Below are positions 7,725 through 18,403 of a DNA stretch of 64,000 nucleotides, piece after piece. The notes beneath the pieces are model-generated. The model was not told the origin of the DNA, searched no databases, and was given only the letters and a program-made list of their open reading frames with translations. The stretch is from positions 248,001 through 312,000 of the IMG/VR virus record IMGVR_UViG_3300003877_000001, one strand, 5' to 3'. The translations under genes were made by a program, and so were the position numbers. Within the stretch, counting starts at the first letter, position 1, and each line of letters begins with the position of its first letter.

Positions 7725-10700
7725 TATTCTATTGTTAACGTTGAAATATCATTTTCATCTTTAGTTACTTCTATTATATAATCAGGATCAACTTCATGAT
7801 TATGTTCTACGATAAGCACCTTATTCATTCTCTCCTTAATTGCTTGTAGTATTGTTACGAACTCCGCTACGCTATCATCCGTTAGTTTTCCCATAACTTC
7901 ATCAAGTAAGAATAAAGTAGGCTTAGACTTCGTGTTTATCTGGTTTAAAGCAAACTTCAATGCAACTGAAGCAAACGTTCTTTCCTTACCTGAAGCTGAT
8001 ATTGCATCTATCACAGCATCCAATCTACTATTATACGCTAACTTCAATTTTAAATCATTATCATCCAACCAAATGCTGAAACCAACATTTTCTAATAAGT
8101 TAGATAATTCTTTATTAATTTTAGGTATTGCATATGTTTTTAATAGTTGAGTTGGAATTCCATCTCTGTGAATACATTTCTTATAAATATTTAAAATATT
8201 GTCCTGTCTTTCTTGTTCTACCCATGTTACTATTAAATCACCAGTTTCTTTTATGGTAACAATCTTTTGACCTCTTTGAGTATTAAGACTATAAATATCA
8301 TCTTTAAAATTATCTTTCTCATATTTAAGATCGCCAAGTCTTTTCTTAGCAGCATCAATACCTAGATTAATTTTTTGGTTTTCTTCAATTTGTTTTAAAC
8401 TTTGTTCATATAAATTAACTCTTTGAGTGATATTAACTCTTTGTAAATTAAGATTCTCAATTCTAAGTGGTGTTTTTTCCGCTTCTAATTCTAATGCTTT
8501 TCTACGATCAACTTCGTTCTTATCATTCATTAATTCCCCAATTTTACTAAGAACACCTTCCATCTCTAAAGATTTACTTACAATAGTTGCCTCATATTCT
8601 GTTCTTTTTTCTTCAAGTTTTTCCTCTTCAACATCATATTTAGGTAGACCTTCTTCTTTTTCTTTAATCGTTTTAGCAATCGAATACATTTCTTCTTCAA
8701 TTTCTTTAATTTGGATTTTAATATGTTCTTGATGGTTATCGTCAAGAAGCTGACCACAAGTAGGACAATTTGTATTCGATTTAAGTACTTCAATATCTTT
8801 TTTTAATTTACTCCCTTGTTCTTTTAATCGAACAACATCACCATTTATTTTACCTCTATGATATTCAATATCTCTAAGTTGTGAATTTTTAGTTTTTATG
8901 TAATCATTTAATCTATATTCTTCATCTTTATGAGTATCCTTTTTAGATTGTAACTCATTTAATCTATCTTCATCATAAGTATCTTTTAACAAATCAATAC
9001 TTTCTTGATCTCTTTTTACTTTATGTTCTAATGTTCCAATTTCATAGTTAAGAGTATCGATATCATGACTAGTTTTTTCAATATCAAGATTATATATTTC
9101 ATCATCGATTTTATATAATTTCTTTATTAAATTTTCATGATATGTCTCACCTTTAATGATATTTCCATCAACTTTAGGAATATCAATATTCTCAATAGTA
9201 TCAATTTTAATATTAATTTCCTTTACTTCGGTTTCAAGTGTTTTAATTAACTCTTCTGATCGTTCTATATTACATGTAACTCTAGGAACTGATGATAATT
9301 CTTTAGAATATTCTTTAAACGCAGTTAGTTTATGATCAAAAACATCAAGACCACTATCATATAATAATGAATCAATAAACACAGATTTATCACCAGACAA
9401 TATTTCATTTAAACTATCAGATGTAGTCATTACAACTCTCATAAAATTTTCATAACTACCAATAGCTTTTTCAATACCTGCTTGTGTCTTATTTCTTTGA
9501 TCTTCAACTAAATTTTCAAGTGAATTATCATCAGTAAATTCATCATCAGGATTATCTAATTTATGATATGCTAATACTGTGGGAGCACCCTTTACATCAC
9601 CAGTTTTAGTCTTTTGAATTGTTGTTATTCTTTTAATGCCAAAATATTCACCATTCACACTAATAACTATTGAACCCTCACAAAAATTAACATCTAATCT
9701 ATTATTCACATATCTTTTATCACCAAACTTCATAATTTTTTCCGTTTCTCTGGATTTATTATAAAGTATATATGTAATAAGTTTCATTATTGTGGTCTTA
9801 CCTGCTGTATTGATGCCTGTTATTTGAAATAATCCATTTTGATCTCTCCAATCAATATCAACTGTTTCATATGACATAAAATTCTTACCATTGAATTTTA
9901 TAATACTCCACTCAATATTAGTCATTTCTTCAGCTTCTATTCTTGATGCTATTTCATCATCTAATTTTATAATTTCATTAACAACATCATCTTCAACACC
10001 AATTTTTTCGAGATAGTCACCAAATATTTCGTGTTGTACTGATTGTTCTACAATATTATTTACGTCAATTACGTCTTCAATAATTATATCATCATCTTCA
10101 ATGAATTCATTTTTATGTGTAATAAGTATTGGTTTATAACAATCTTTCAAATGACCAACAACCTTTCTTTTATTTACTTCATTATGTGTTTGTGGTTTAG
10201 TTTGCCATATAACCCTAACTTTCATATGTTTAGTTGGATTATCTATTTCAATTTCTAATTCATCAAAATCTGTAAAAGGATTAACTTTAACCGTTTTAAA
10301 TGAGTAGTCATTTTTAACTTCAAATTCCTTTACTGTACCATCTTCAATATTCCACATAAGATAACCATGAAATTCATAATCACCTTCACCAAAATTTTGT
10401 GCAAATAATGAACCACAATATGCTTTGGTTTTATCTTTAAAATATTGTAACTTATGTATGTCACCAAACATAGAGTAATCACCCTTAAAGTGTCCTATGT
10501 TGTTATATGTTTTACGATTGAACTCAAACCCTGTTGGTGATTTACAACCGTTTACAGGGTCATGAAATAAGTCTATGGTAGTATTACCTTCTATTGGTTT
10601 TGCACGTTTAGTCCAAGGTGAATTATTTTTAACACCATGCTTCCAAACTGCCCATGTCACATTTTCATCATCATGAAAACCTGTTTCATTATAATACATA

Positions 10701-11029
10701 ACATCAATATTATTAATGGTTTTAACTATTGCCTCAATAGAGTCAATACGTTTTAATGCTTTCTTACGTATATCGTGATTACCACGTGTGATTCGAACAG
10801 GTGCTATTTTAGCGAGATTATTTAGGAATTCAGCAGCAAGAATAGCTGCTTCGGGTTGTATATCTATGTAGTCATGAAATAAATCACCAACTACAACAAT
10901 TCTGTCTGGTTTATTTTTCTTTAAAGATTTATATAAATTATCGAATACCTGTCTAATTTCACCATGTCTTGTAGGTGATTTAGGTATATGAACGTCAGCT
11001 ATATGACAAATTTTACTTATTTTTTTCAT
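7724..11029 (-). CDS. Fused Mre11/SbcD nuclease - Rad50/SbcC ATPase (T4 gp47-gp46-like)
   Basis: HIADVH, GDLFH, GNHD and GDIH phosphoesterase motifs; Walker A GINTAGKTT, zinc hook CPTCG, signature ASGKE, Walker B LLDE, H-loop VEH. Confidence 0.92.
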   Translation of the reverse strand: MKKISKICHIADVHIPKSPTRHGEIRQVFDNLYKSLKKNKPDRIVVVGDLFHDYIDIQPEAAILAAEFLNNLAKIAPVRITRGNHDIRKKALKRIDSIEAIVKTINNIDVMYYNETGFHDDENVTWAVWKHGVKNNSPWTKRAKPIEGNTTIDLFHDPVNGCKSPTGFEFNRKTYNNIGHFKGDYSMFGDIHKLQYFKDKTKAYCGSLFAQNFGEGDYEFHGYLMWNIEDGTVKEFEVKNDYSFKTVKVNPFTDFDELEIEIDNPTKHMKVRVIWQTKPQTHNEVNKRKVVGHLKDCYKPILITHKNEFIEDDDIIIEDVIDVNNIVEQSVQHEIFGDYLEKIGVEDDVVNEIIKLDDEIASRIEAEEMTNIEWSIIKFNGKNFMSYETVDIDWRDQNGLFQITGINTAGKTTIMKLITYILYNKSRETEKIMKFGDKRYVNNRLDVNFCEGSIVISVNGEYFGIKRITTIQKTKTGDVKGAPTVLAYHKLDNPDDEFTDDNSLENLVEDQRNKTQAGIEKAIGSYENFMRVVMTTSDSLNEILSGDKSVFIDSLLYDSGLDVFDHKLTAFKEYSKELSSVPRVTCNIERSEELIKTLETEVKEINIKIDTIENIDIPKVDGNIIKGETYHENLIKKLYKIDDEIYNLDIEKTSHDIDTLNYEIGTLEHKVKRDQESIDLLKDTYDEDRLNELQSKKDTHKDEEYRLNDYIKTKNSQLRDIEYHRGKINGDVVRLKEQGSKLKKDIEVLKSNTNCPTCGQLLDDNHQEHIKIQIKEIEEEMYSIAKTIKEKEEGLPKYDVEEEKLEEKRTEYEATIVSKSLEMEGVLSKIGELMNDKNEVDRRKALELEAEKTPLRIENLNLQRVNITQRVNLYEQSLKQIEENQKINLGIDAAKKRLGDLKYEKDNFKDDIYSLNTQRGQKIVTIKETGDLIVTWVEQERQDNILNIYKKCIHRDGIPTQLLKTYAIPKINKELSNLLENVGFSIWLDDNDLKLKLAYNSRLDAVIDAISASGKERTFASVALKFALNQINTKSKPTLFLLDEVMGKLTDDSVAEFVTILQAIKERMNKVLIVEHNHEVDPDYIIEVTKDENDISTLTIE

Positions 11030-11348
11030 TTTTTATTTTCTTAATTGACCAACCTAATGTTATTTTTTTTCGAATGGTTTCTTTATTTAAATCAAATTCT
11101 TCTGACAATATTCTGGATAGTTCAGTTTTAGTATATTTAACTCCACGATATATAATATACTTATCGTAAAATTTTCTAGTATAATTTATATCATTAAAAT
11201 ATTTCTTATCTTTTAATATTGACAAATATACTTCTTTTTTTCTAGAGAAGCAAATATTTGAATCATCGTATAGGTAATGAAATATTCTATTAATAATAAT
11301 ATTTCCACCATAACGTAATGATCTTATATTATTAAGATCACACAGTAC
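11013..11348 (-). pseudogene. 5'-truncated homing endonuclease remnant (LAGLIDADG-type C-terminal part)
   Basis: Frame is open upstream of the called TTG: LRYGGNIIINRIFHYLYDDSNICFSRKKEVY...KKITLGWS; no proper start. Confidence 0.5.
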
Positions 11349-11387
11349 CTACCATAGTAAAATTTTAAGTATTTTTTAAAATAGACT

Positions 11388-11456
11388 CTGCCCATTTGTC
11401 ATAATAATTTTTACACACTGCTATTCTGTTATGTTTATTGCTTTGGCACGATATTC
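11388..11456 (+). promoter_or_regulatory. Putative heat-shock regulatory region (sigma54-like TGGCACG plus two CTGC...TGT boxes)
   Basis: ctgcccatttgtca 11388-11401, ctgctattctgtta 11418-11431 and tggcacg 11444-11450 upstream of the Hsp20 gene. Confidence 0.35.
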
Positions 11457-11501
11457 ATTATATATTAATCAAATAATTTTAATTAAAAATAGAAAAATAT
11501 T

Positions 11502-11918
11502 ATGTTAGTAAAAAATTTAAAAAGTAGAAATTTATTGGATGACTTATTTGGTGATTCATTTTTTAGTGAGATTAATGATGTGTATAATAAACCAAATGGT
11601 AATCGTGGATTACCTTATGATATTATAGAAGCAGAGGATGATTTCAAAATCGAACTCATGTTAGCAGGATTTAATAAAAAAGATTTTAATCTTGAAGTAG
11701 ATGAAGGTAAACTTATCATTAGTGGTGAAAGAAAGGAAATTGAAGACACAAAATATAATCATAGACAAAGTTATTTCGGTAAAATAACAAAAACATTTAC
11801 ATTACCTAAAGATGTTATAGTTGATAAAATAGATGCAGAGTATGTTAATGGTGTATTAGTAGTTACAATACCAAAAGATAAAGAATTGATAAATAGTAAG
11901 TCGATTGTTGTTAGGTAA
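11502..11918 (+). CDS. Small heat shock protein, Hsp20 family
   Basis: Alpha-crystallin motifs LAGFNKKDFNLEV, FGKITKTFTLP, IDAEYVNGVLVVTIPK. Confidence 0.95.
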   Translation: MLVKNLKSRNLLDDLFGDSFFSEINDVYNKPNGNRGLPYDIIEAEDDFKIELMLAGFNKKDFNLEVDEGKLIISGERKEIEDTKYNHRQSYFGKITKTFTLPKDVIVDKIDAEYVNGVLVVTIPKDKELINSKSIVVR

Positions 11919-11956
11919 ATAATTAACAGACGTGTCTGCTAATTTTAGGATGGTGA

Positions 11957-12538
11957 TTATTCATCATCCTTTTTTATTTTACTTCTTGTATAATTTATTT
12001 TATTTGATATTTTACTCTCATTACTATTAAATTCTTTAGCTATTTCATTATACGAATATCCTTCAGAATTCATTGTTAACATTGAAAAATCATTAATACT
12101 TATTTTGTTTGAAATGAAATTCAAAGAATCGTTAGTTTCTAATGTATCATGTGGTGAACTAGAGAGAGAAGCTGGTTCAATCATTTTAAAAGATGTTGAC
12201 ATTGTGGGAGTCGAACTATATGCAATATTATCAGATGTAAACGTATTTGATGTGAATGAAACATAAATAGGTGTATGTTTTCTAGATTTATCAATCATAT
12301 AATTTTTAGCTATCATTATAACCCAAGTATCAAATTTTGATTTTGTAGCATCATATGTTTTAATTTTTTCGAAAACTTTAAATAATATTTCTGAAACATC
12401 ATCATCATGTTCTGAATTATATGGATATTTTTTAAATAAAAATTTACCTATTTTTTCTTTATATATTTCATATAATTTTTCATATGACCTATTACTACCA
12501 TTTTGTGTTCCCACTATAAGTTTTTGTATATTTATCAT
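11957..12538 (-). CDS. ECF-type RNA polymerase sigma factor
   Basis: Region 2 DDDVSEILFKVF...FDTWVIMIAKNYMID; region 4 EGYSYNEIAKEF. Confidence 0.85.
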   Translation of the reverse strand: MINIQKLIVGTQNGSNRSYEKLYEIYKEKIGKFLFKKYPYNSEHDDDVSEILFKVFEKIKTYDATKSKFDTWVIMIAKNYMIDKSRKHTPIYVSFTSNTFTSDNIAYSSTPTMSTSFKMIEPASLSSSPHDTLETNDSLNFISNKISINDFSMLTMNSEGYSYNEIAKEFNSNESKISNKINYTRSKIKKDDE

Positions 12539-13523
12539 CTATAAATTTATTACCAATAAAATAATCATCAACTATTAACTGTCTTGCAGTTCTTAGTTTT
12601 TTAATAACAGCATCTTTTCCAAATTTTATTCTTATTTCATCTAAGTCATATTTACCACCTAATTTAACTATTTTTATTTTATGTGATTCATCACCATAAA
12701 TATGATATAATTTTTGAAATATTTCAATACTATTTTTATATGCATCAGGGTCTAATACTATAACTATTTCAGGTTTCTTTTGTTTTAATTTAAAGAAAAA
12801 AGCAGTCGAAAGAGTTTTACCTAATTGTGGTACTGTATTAATTGGAAAACTAAGAAACTCAAATGCTCCTTCCACTAAGTAAATAGTTGAATCCCAATTT
12901 ATTAATCCTTCATTAAAAATAATAACATCTTTATCTGCTTTTGGGTTCATATATGGTGGTTTTTGATTTCTATATGTTCTACTAACAAAATAATTCAAAT
13001 CACCATGCTGATCATATGACGGAATAACAATTCTACCTGCGTACTTACCTTCAAAGCAAAAACCGATCCTAAATTTAACTAAAATTGAATATTCTATTTG
13101 TCTTTGTAAAATCATGTAATTATATGCTTCTAAGTGTAATACATTATTAACATCCATATCTGCAAATAAAATAAATTCTGAAGGTAATTCTACAAAACCA
13201 AAATCCTTATCATCTTCTTCATCATCATAATCATTAAAAATTGTTGCATAATCTTTATATAATTTATAATCTGTTGTTGTTCCAAAAATTTTAACTAATC
13301 TTCCTAAACTACCTGAAAATTTTGGAGAATCACATTTCCAACAACGGAAGACTCTTTTTTCTGTATTAATTTCTAAATTATATTTTCCATCAGGATGTGA
13401 TAAACCATCAAGTTCTTGACATTTAGGGCAATTAGTTTGTAGCTGTTCAGTTTCATTAATACCTCTAATATCACCATCAAAGATGCTATTTAGTATCGGA
13501 TGAAATTCTCTTCCCTTTATCAT
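12495..13523 (-). CDS. DNA primase (Zn-binding plus TOPRIM)
   Basis: CPKC...CWKC, RIVIP, YFVSR, YMNP, LVEG, LDPDA. Likely start MIKGREF at 13523, downstream of a terminator and promoter. Confidence 0.85.
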   Translation of the reverse strand: MIKGREFHPILNSIFDGDIRGINETEQLQTNCPKCQELDGLSHPDGKYNLEINTEKRVFRCWKCDSPKFSGSLGRLVKIFGTTTDYKLYKDYATIFNDYDDEEDDKDFGFVELPSEFILFADMDVNNVLHLEAYNYMILQRQIEYSILVKFRIGFCFEGKYAGRIVIPSYDQHGDLNYFVSRTYRNQKPPYMNPKADKDVIIFNEGLINWDSTIYLVEGAFEFLSFPINTVPQLGKTLSTAFFFKLKQKKPEIVIVLDPDAYKNSIEIFQKLYHIYGDESHKIKIVKLGGKYDLDEIRIKFGKDAVIKKLRTARQLIVDDYFIGNKFIDDKYTKTYSGNTKW

Positions 13524-13537
13524 AGAAACAAAGATAC

Positions 13538-13575
13538 AAAAAAAAATGGTCACCTACAACTAAATGCGGTGACCA
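13538..13575 (-). terminator. Intrinsic terminator
   Basis: tggtcacc...ggtgacca stem followed by a U-tract on the minus strand. Confidence 0.7.
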
Positions 13576-13598
13576 AAAAATAATTACATCCAAAAAAA

Positions 13599-14051
13599 TT
13601 ATTTTCTACCTTCTAATAAAAAAGGAAATGTTTTCAAAAATCTATCTAAAAGAACATGAATTTTTGCATCTTCATATTTAGTTTTTGTAGCATTAGTACC
13701 TTCGTAATTTCTTCTCAAATCATCGAAAATATCTTTTATACCCTTTTGTAGTTCATTATTATTTACAGGTGTTGGGGTCGTAGAAACATCACCACCTTTA
13801 GAATTTAAAAGTTTATTATAATCTTCTTTAACTCTTAAAAATTCATCTTCAAGTTCTTTATTCTTATCACTTAAAACAGTAACTTGATCTGAAAGCCAAC
13901 CATTATCTCCACCAGATGATAACTCATTAATTTTATCAGCTACCTTAGTAACATTCTTAATATCAACTTTTACACTGCCACCGAATAGTTCATTAACTCT
14001 TTCTTTTGCAGCATCTCTTCTTTGTACTTCTTCTTTTGTAGGTCTTGCCAT
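13599..14051 (-). CDS. Hypothetical coiled-coil protein
   Basis: 150-aa ORF; GTATTTATA upstream. Confidence 0.7.
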   Translation of the reverse strand: MARPTKEEVQRRDAAKERVNELFGGSVKVDIKNVTKVADKINELSSGGDNGWLSDQVTVLSDKNKELEDEFLRVKEDYNKLLNSKGGDVSTTPTPVNNNELQKGIKDIFDDLRRNYEGTNATKTKYEDAKIHVLLDRFLKTFPFLLEGRK

Positions 14052-14113
14052 AATATAAATTTTTATTGTTTTCTATAATTTATTATAAATACGTCAACTT
14101 TAGAAAAAATCAC

Positions 14114-14143
14114 AAAAAAAAAGGAAATTATTTCTAATTTCCT
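14114..14143 (-). terminator. Intrinsic terminator
   Basis: aggaaatta/taatttcct stem plus U-tract. Confidence 0.55.
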
Positions 14144-14166
14144 AATTAATCAACAGTTGGAAGATT

Positions 14167-15681
14167 TTAATGTTCTCTATCGAAATCTGTAAAATTGAAA
14201 TTAAGATGTCCAATCATACCAGACTTATCATTCCATATGAATGCTTCACCTGCTTTTTGACTACCAATATATCCTTTCTTATAGTGCCATTCTTCTGTTC
14301 CAGACAATGAAGATAAATATCTTACCGTAACACCCAATTCTTCATTAAGCAATTGTGCTTTATCTAATACAGTAAATTTAAGATTACGTTTCTTATGAAA
14401 ATGACCTAAATGCCATTCATGATAATTAGTTCTACCCCACATTTCTTTTTCTTCAACAGCCATTAACATTGGAAGTGAATTTTCCTTTTCTTCATTACCA
14501 TGTGTAAATGCTAACATAACTTGACCCCACTCATAATACTTTCTAACTTTAGCACTATTATTTACGTGTACTTGTGGATCGTTTCTAAACCAAGCATCAA
14601 TTACAGAACCCATATATTTCATACGTTCTTGATCATGATTACCAGAAATTACAGGAATTTCAATTGGTACACCAGTTGCTTTAAGAAGTATAATTGCATC
14701 AACTAATAATTCAATAGCAACATCCCATGTTTTTTGCCAACGCAAATCTTCATCTTGTGGTGTTCCTTTTGTTGTTGTATTAAATTGATTATCTGAATTA
14801 AAGAAATCATTTCCGATTGGAAACATGATTTTATTGAATGTAAATCCGTTTGCTCGTTTGAGCAATGTTGTAATAGCATCTAAAAATCTTGCTCTTGCTA
14901 TTTTTGTATCATAATTCTCACCAACTTCACCTGCCCATCCTAATTTACCAATATGTAAATCAAATAAAGATACTTCTAATAGGTTATTTTCAATATTTTT
15001 ATTACTACCATATACATTTTTACCGAGAATTTCATTATTGATTGCTGGTGGTGAATAATTTTTCGCTAATTTTTCAAATATTTCAGCAAAATTTTGTGCA
15101 GCTACAACTTCTTTTTTTCTAGATAGTGTTGCTTTAACTTGAAAATTTTCCCAAGTTGTTGGGTAACCTGCTTTAAATGAGGTAACATCCCATTTATTTA
15201 CTATATGTCTTTCAACATTCCATTCATTTAAATCAACTTCTGCTCTTTCTAAAAGGTCTTCTAATGTTTTAATATGATTAGGTGGATATCCAAAATGATT
15301 TAAATTATCATCATCACCTTCAGTATCATCTAAATTAAGATCAAGATTTATTGGTATTCCATTTTTCCAAATTACAGTTGCGGTGTCACCCATTTCACTG
15401 AATTCAATCTTTTCTTCTGTAATTGGTTCGTCAAAATCAATATCTGGAAGTGTCTTATCCATTTTTTTTATGTTTTCATACTTTTCATATGTATCCATAA
15501 AAATATTATAATCATCATCTTCTAATGTTCCATTTTCATATGCAACATTTACTGCTCTTTTAACATTCTTTACATAGGTATTAGCATACCCACATTTAAC
15601 AGATGCCTCTCTAACTGATATATCATGTTTAATAGCATATTCAATTACTTCAATAGCATTTAAAATTCTTTCTTTTGTCAT
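14167..15681 (-). CDS. Calcineurin-like metallophosphoesterase with N-terminal HTH-like region
   Basis: DLHIG, GNDFFN, GNHD, THG and GHFH motifs. Confidence 0.85.
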   Translation of the reverse strand: MTKERILNAIEVIEYAIKHDISVREASVKCGYANTYVKNVKRAVNVAYENGTLEDDDYNIFMDTYEKYENIKKMDKTLPDIDFDEPITEEKIEFSEMGDTATVIWKNGIPINLDLNLDDTEGDDDNLNHFGYPPNHIKTLEDLLERAEVDLNEWNVERHIVNKWDVTSFKAGYPTTWENFQVKATLSRKKEVVAAQNFAEIFEKLAKNYSPPAINNEILGKNVYGSNKNIENNLLEVSLFDLHIGKLGWAGEVGENYDTKIARARFLDAITTLLKRANGFTFNKIMFPIGNDFFNSDNQFNTTTKGTPQDEDLRWQKTWDVAIELLVDAIILLKATGVPIEIPVISGNHDQERMKYMGSVIDAWFRNDPQVHVNNSAKVRKYYEWGQVMLAFTHGNEEKENSLPMLMAVEEKEMWGRTNYHEWHLGHFHKKRNLKFTVLDKAQLLNEELGVTVRYLSSLSGTEEWHYKKGYIGSQKAGEAFIWNDKSGMIGHLNFNFTDFDREH

Positions 15682-15748
15682 AAATTTATGTGTTTTATAT
15701 GTGTTATTTCTTGCAAATATATAATAATTTAATTAATAATGTCAAGTT

Positions 15749-16057
15749 TTATATGAAATAGTTTCCCTCTTTCTTTAAAAAAAGGATGTTCTCTTCTATT
15801 TTAGTGCACTCAGCTATAAATACTACTTCTTCACTTAATGATAAATTAAACCATTCCCCATGTGCACGTAAATGTCCATATCTATTATGCATAGCTGTTT
15901 CTACTTTTCTAGCGAATTCAGATTTGAATTCGTGAATGAGTTGTATTTCTTCACCAGAACCTGTTTGAAGTTGTTTAATACGTTTTTTTGGATTTTTAGA
16001 TATTCCTATTTTATATTTAGATGTTTCTAAATTTTGAATTAAATATACATATGACAT
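15749..16057 (-). CDS. GIY-YIG nuclease, T5orf172/MUG113 type
   Basis: YVYLI...YKIGISKNPKKRIKQLQTG...GEWF. Confidence 0.85.
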   Translation of the reverse strand: MSYVYLIQNLETSKYKIGISKNPKKRIKQLQTGSGEEIQLIHEFKSEFARKVETAMHNRYGHLRAHGEWFNLSLSEEVVFIAECTKIEENILFLKKEGNYFI

Positions 16058-16221
16058 TAATATTGCTTGTATTCAGCATAACCTTCAGATACTAACCATT
16101 CATTAATATTTGCTAGTCTTATTTTTTGTTTACGAAATGCCACACCAAATCCTAAATCCATATCAACAGTAATGGTATCACCATCATAAACTCCCGTTAC
16201 TAATGCTTCGTATGTATACAT
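16057..16221 (-). pseudogene. Internally deleted thermonuclease (SNase-like)
   Basis: MYTYEALVTGVYDGDTITVDMDLGF...IRLA joined directly to NINEWLVSEGYA; the central catalytic part (IDxPE, YGR) is missing. Confidence 0.7.
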
Positions 16222-16223
16222 AA

Positions 16224-16838
16224 TTATAAAATACTCATTACTTTTAATCCAGAATACCCTACACAATATGCATCACTCATATCATATGAACTATCTCTTA
16301 TTGTATTATTTCTAGTATAAAACCATTCAATATGTGGTTCTAATTTAGCAACCTTGCTTCTAATATATTCTTTCTTTTCTTTATTTTTCCAACCTTTAGG
16401 AAATGATAATGTTTCTTTTATTTCACCAGTTCTTTTTTTAGTTGTTTTAATAAATTCAGGACAGAATATTTTTCTTGAGTCATGAACACTTATTTTTTTA
16501 GGTATAACATCAAAAATTTCATATATTTTATATGATGCAATCCCATTAAATCCTAATAGCATTGCAGTTGTATTGATATTTTTTGGGGTGTTTGATAAAG
16601 GTGCTTCAATAAATATATTACTAACAACACATTTATACTCGTTTTCAACTCTATATTTAAATGAAATTAAATAGTCTCTAAATAAATTTGTTTTATAAAC
16701 ATATCTATCTTCAACAGGGATATTTTTATCTATCTTTAATTCAAGATGTTTTAATTCTTCTAATTTTCCATTTTCATCCCATAATGCAACACCAACATTG
16801 GTTGTTGATACATCTAAAGATAGTGAGTAGTTTTTCAT
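16224..16838 (-). CDS. RuvC-like Holliday junction resolvase
   Basis: LSLDVSTTNVGVA, IFIEAP and DMSDAYCVG RNase H-fold catalytic motifs. Confidence 0.8.
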   Translation of the reverse strand: MKNYSLSLDVSTTNVGVALWDENGKLEELKHLELKIDKNIPVEDRYVYKTNLFRDYLISFKYRVENEYKCVVSNIFIEAPLSNTPKNINTTAMLLGFNGIASYKIYEIFDVIPKKISVHDSRKIFCPEFIKTTKKRTGEIKETLSFPKGWKNKEKKEYIRSKVAKLEPHIEWFYTRNNTIRDSSYDMSDAYCVGYSGLKVMSIL

Positions 16839-17035
16839 TAAGCGTTATCTTTAACTTCATCAATTAATTTTTGTAATCTTTTGGGATCATGAAGATATAA
16901 TCTTATTAAATCTTCGATAACACCACCAATCTTCAAACTCTTTCCTTTGCAAAATAGTTTGAATTCGCCATGAACATCACCATTGATGATCACAGATTTA
17001 GATTTTGTATTTGTCATAGTAAGTACATTTTCCAT
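16838..17035 (-). CDS. Small ribbon-helix-helix-like protein
   Basis: KSVIINGDVHGEFKLFC...IGGVIEDLIRLY pattern. Confidence 0.5.
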   Translation of the reverse strand: MENVLTMTNTKSKSVIINGDVHGEFKLFCKGKSLKIGGVIEDLIRLYLHDPKRLQKLIDEVKDNA

Positions 17036-17106
17036 TATTATTATATTTTAGTTATAAATACTGTGTTTTATAAAAAATTATAAAAAAAGGTTGTATTTGT
17101 GAAATT

Positions 17107-17649
17107 TTATTTGTATAAGGATTTGAATATTCTATAATATGTGCTTTCTTCTCTTTCCATTGCATCAATTTCTTGTGGTCTATCATCATGTTCAATGATA
17201 TTATTATTAATAGTATCACCTTTATAAATATAAATCCCACTATAAAAATTAAGTTGTCTTAAATCACCCGATTCAAATTGATCAAGATGTACTAACTCAT
17301 GTCCTAATACAATACCTAATTTATGACCTGCTAAGTATCTTGATATGAAAATAGCATAATGATGTTTAAAAAAGAAATCTTCAACAATAAATGCTCCATA
17401 TTTTTCAGCATATACATCATCCATATATTCAAATTTTATTGAAACACTATCAATACATAGGACATCACTTAACATTAATTTTACTGGTGGTTCTAAATTA
17501 TATTGTGTATTGTTTATAATAGTAATTGATTCAGAAGAATAATCTGTAACATCTTTTTTTATTATTGAATTATTAATTGAAATAAGGAAGCTAATAAGTA
17601 TTATTGCACCTATGGATAATAATGTTTTTATCTTATCTCTTACTTTCAT
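17107..17649 (-). CDS. Membrane-anchored or secreted HExxH metallopeptidase-like protein
   Basis: N-terminal hydrophobic helix; LGHELVHLDQF...PQEIDA. Confidence 0.7.
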   Translation of the reverse strand: MKVRDKIKTLLSIGAIILISFLISINNSIIKKDVTDYSSESITIINNTQYNLEPPVKLMLSDVLCIDSVSIKFEYMDDVYAEKYGAFIVEDFFFKHHYAIFISRYLAGHKLGIVLGHELVHLDQFESGDLRQLNFYSGIYIYKGDTINNNIIEHDDRPQEIDAMEREESTYYRIFKSLYK

Positions 17650-17652
17650 TCA

Positions 17653-18396
17653 TTAGAAATCTAATTGAAATGCAATTGTACGTGCAATTGTGGGATCTTT
17701 TTTTATTGGGTTATTTAATTTACCAATTGCAACTAGGTTATTATTATCATCATATATCCCAACTTCACTAATTGCAACCGATCCCATACCATCCCATGTT
17801 GGGTTTGTTGTTGAGTTAAATTCGTTAAGTGGTAATTGTATTGAGATATCTGTAGTATATACTGTTGCTCTAATATCTGTTCTAATAGTACCAAAGAAAA
17901 AAGCTTCTTCTCCATAACCCATTTCATCTTCAGAAGAAACTGAAGATGGATATGATAAATAATCTAAACTATATTCATTTGGGGATGTTAAATCAGTGAA
18001 ATTAACAATAAAATTAGTATTAAGTAAATTTGATTTTGTAATACTATCACCAATTGTTTGACCAGAAATTTGATTTGTTACATCAACTTTAAACCATCCA
18101 CCAGCATCTGGCGTTATTGTTAATCCAGAATCAGAAATACCATCAACAACTTGTGCTAAAATATTAAGTCTTGTTGCAGTAAAACCAGTACCATTACTAC
18201 TAGTACTATCGGCTAAAAAAAATAATTCTTCTTCATTTAAAAAAAATGTATTTATTGACTTACCTGCAATAATATCTGTTTCCAATTTTTGTATATATGT
18301 ACAATGTGTAGATCCAGATATACCATATACATTAGATGCATTTGCTGGTGCTCCTTCAAATTGATATGTTATAAATACTGTTTTTCCTGTTGCCAT
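17653..18396 (-). CDS. Tail/baseplate structural protein (tail-collar fibre-like C-terminus)
   Basis: ISEVGIYDDNNNLVAIGKLNNPIKK motif; likely start MATGK at 18396, 15 nt after GTATTTATA. Confidence 0.65.
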   Translation of the reverse strand: MATGKTVFITYQFEGAPANASNVYGISGSTHCTYIQKLETDIIAGKSINTFFLNEEELFFLADSTSSNGTGFTATRLNILAQVVDGISDSGLTITPDAGGWFKVDVTNQISGQTIGDSITKSNLLNTNFIVNFTDLTSPNEYSLDYLSYPSSVSSEDEMGYGEEAFFFGTIRTDIRATVYTTDISIQLPLNEFNSTTNPTWDGMGSVAISEVGIYDDNNNLVAIGKLNNPIKKDPTIARTIAFQLDF

Positions 18397-18403
18397 GATT
18401 TTA

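Noticed and set aside
13524-13553. Longer primase start in the ORF track
   Set aside because: The extension overlaps a terminator U-tract and the TATCTTTG promoter; ATG at 13523 is more plausible.
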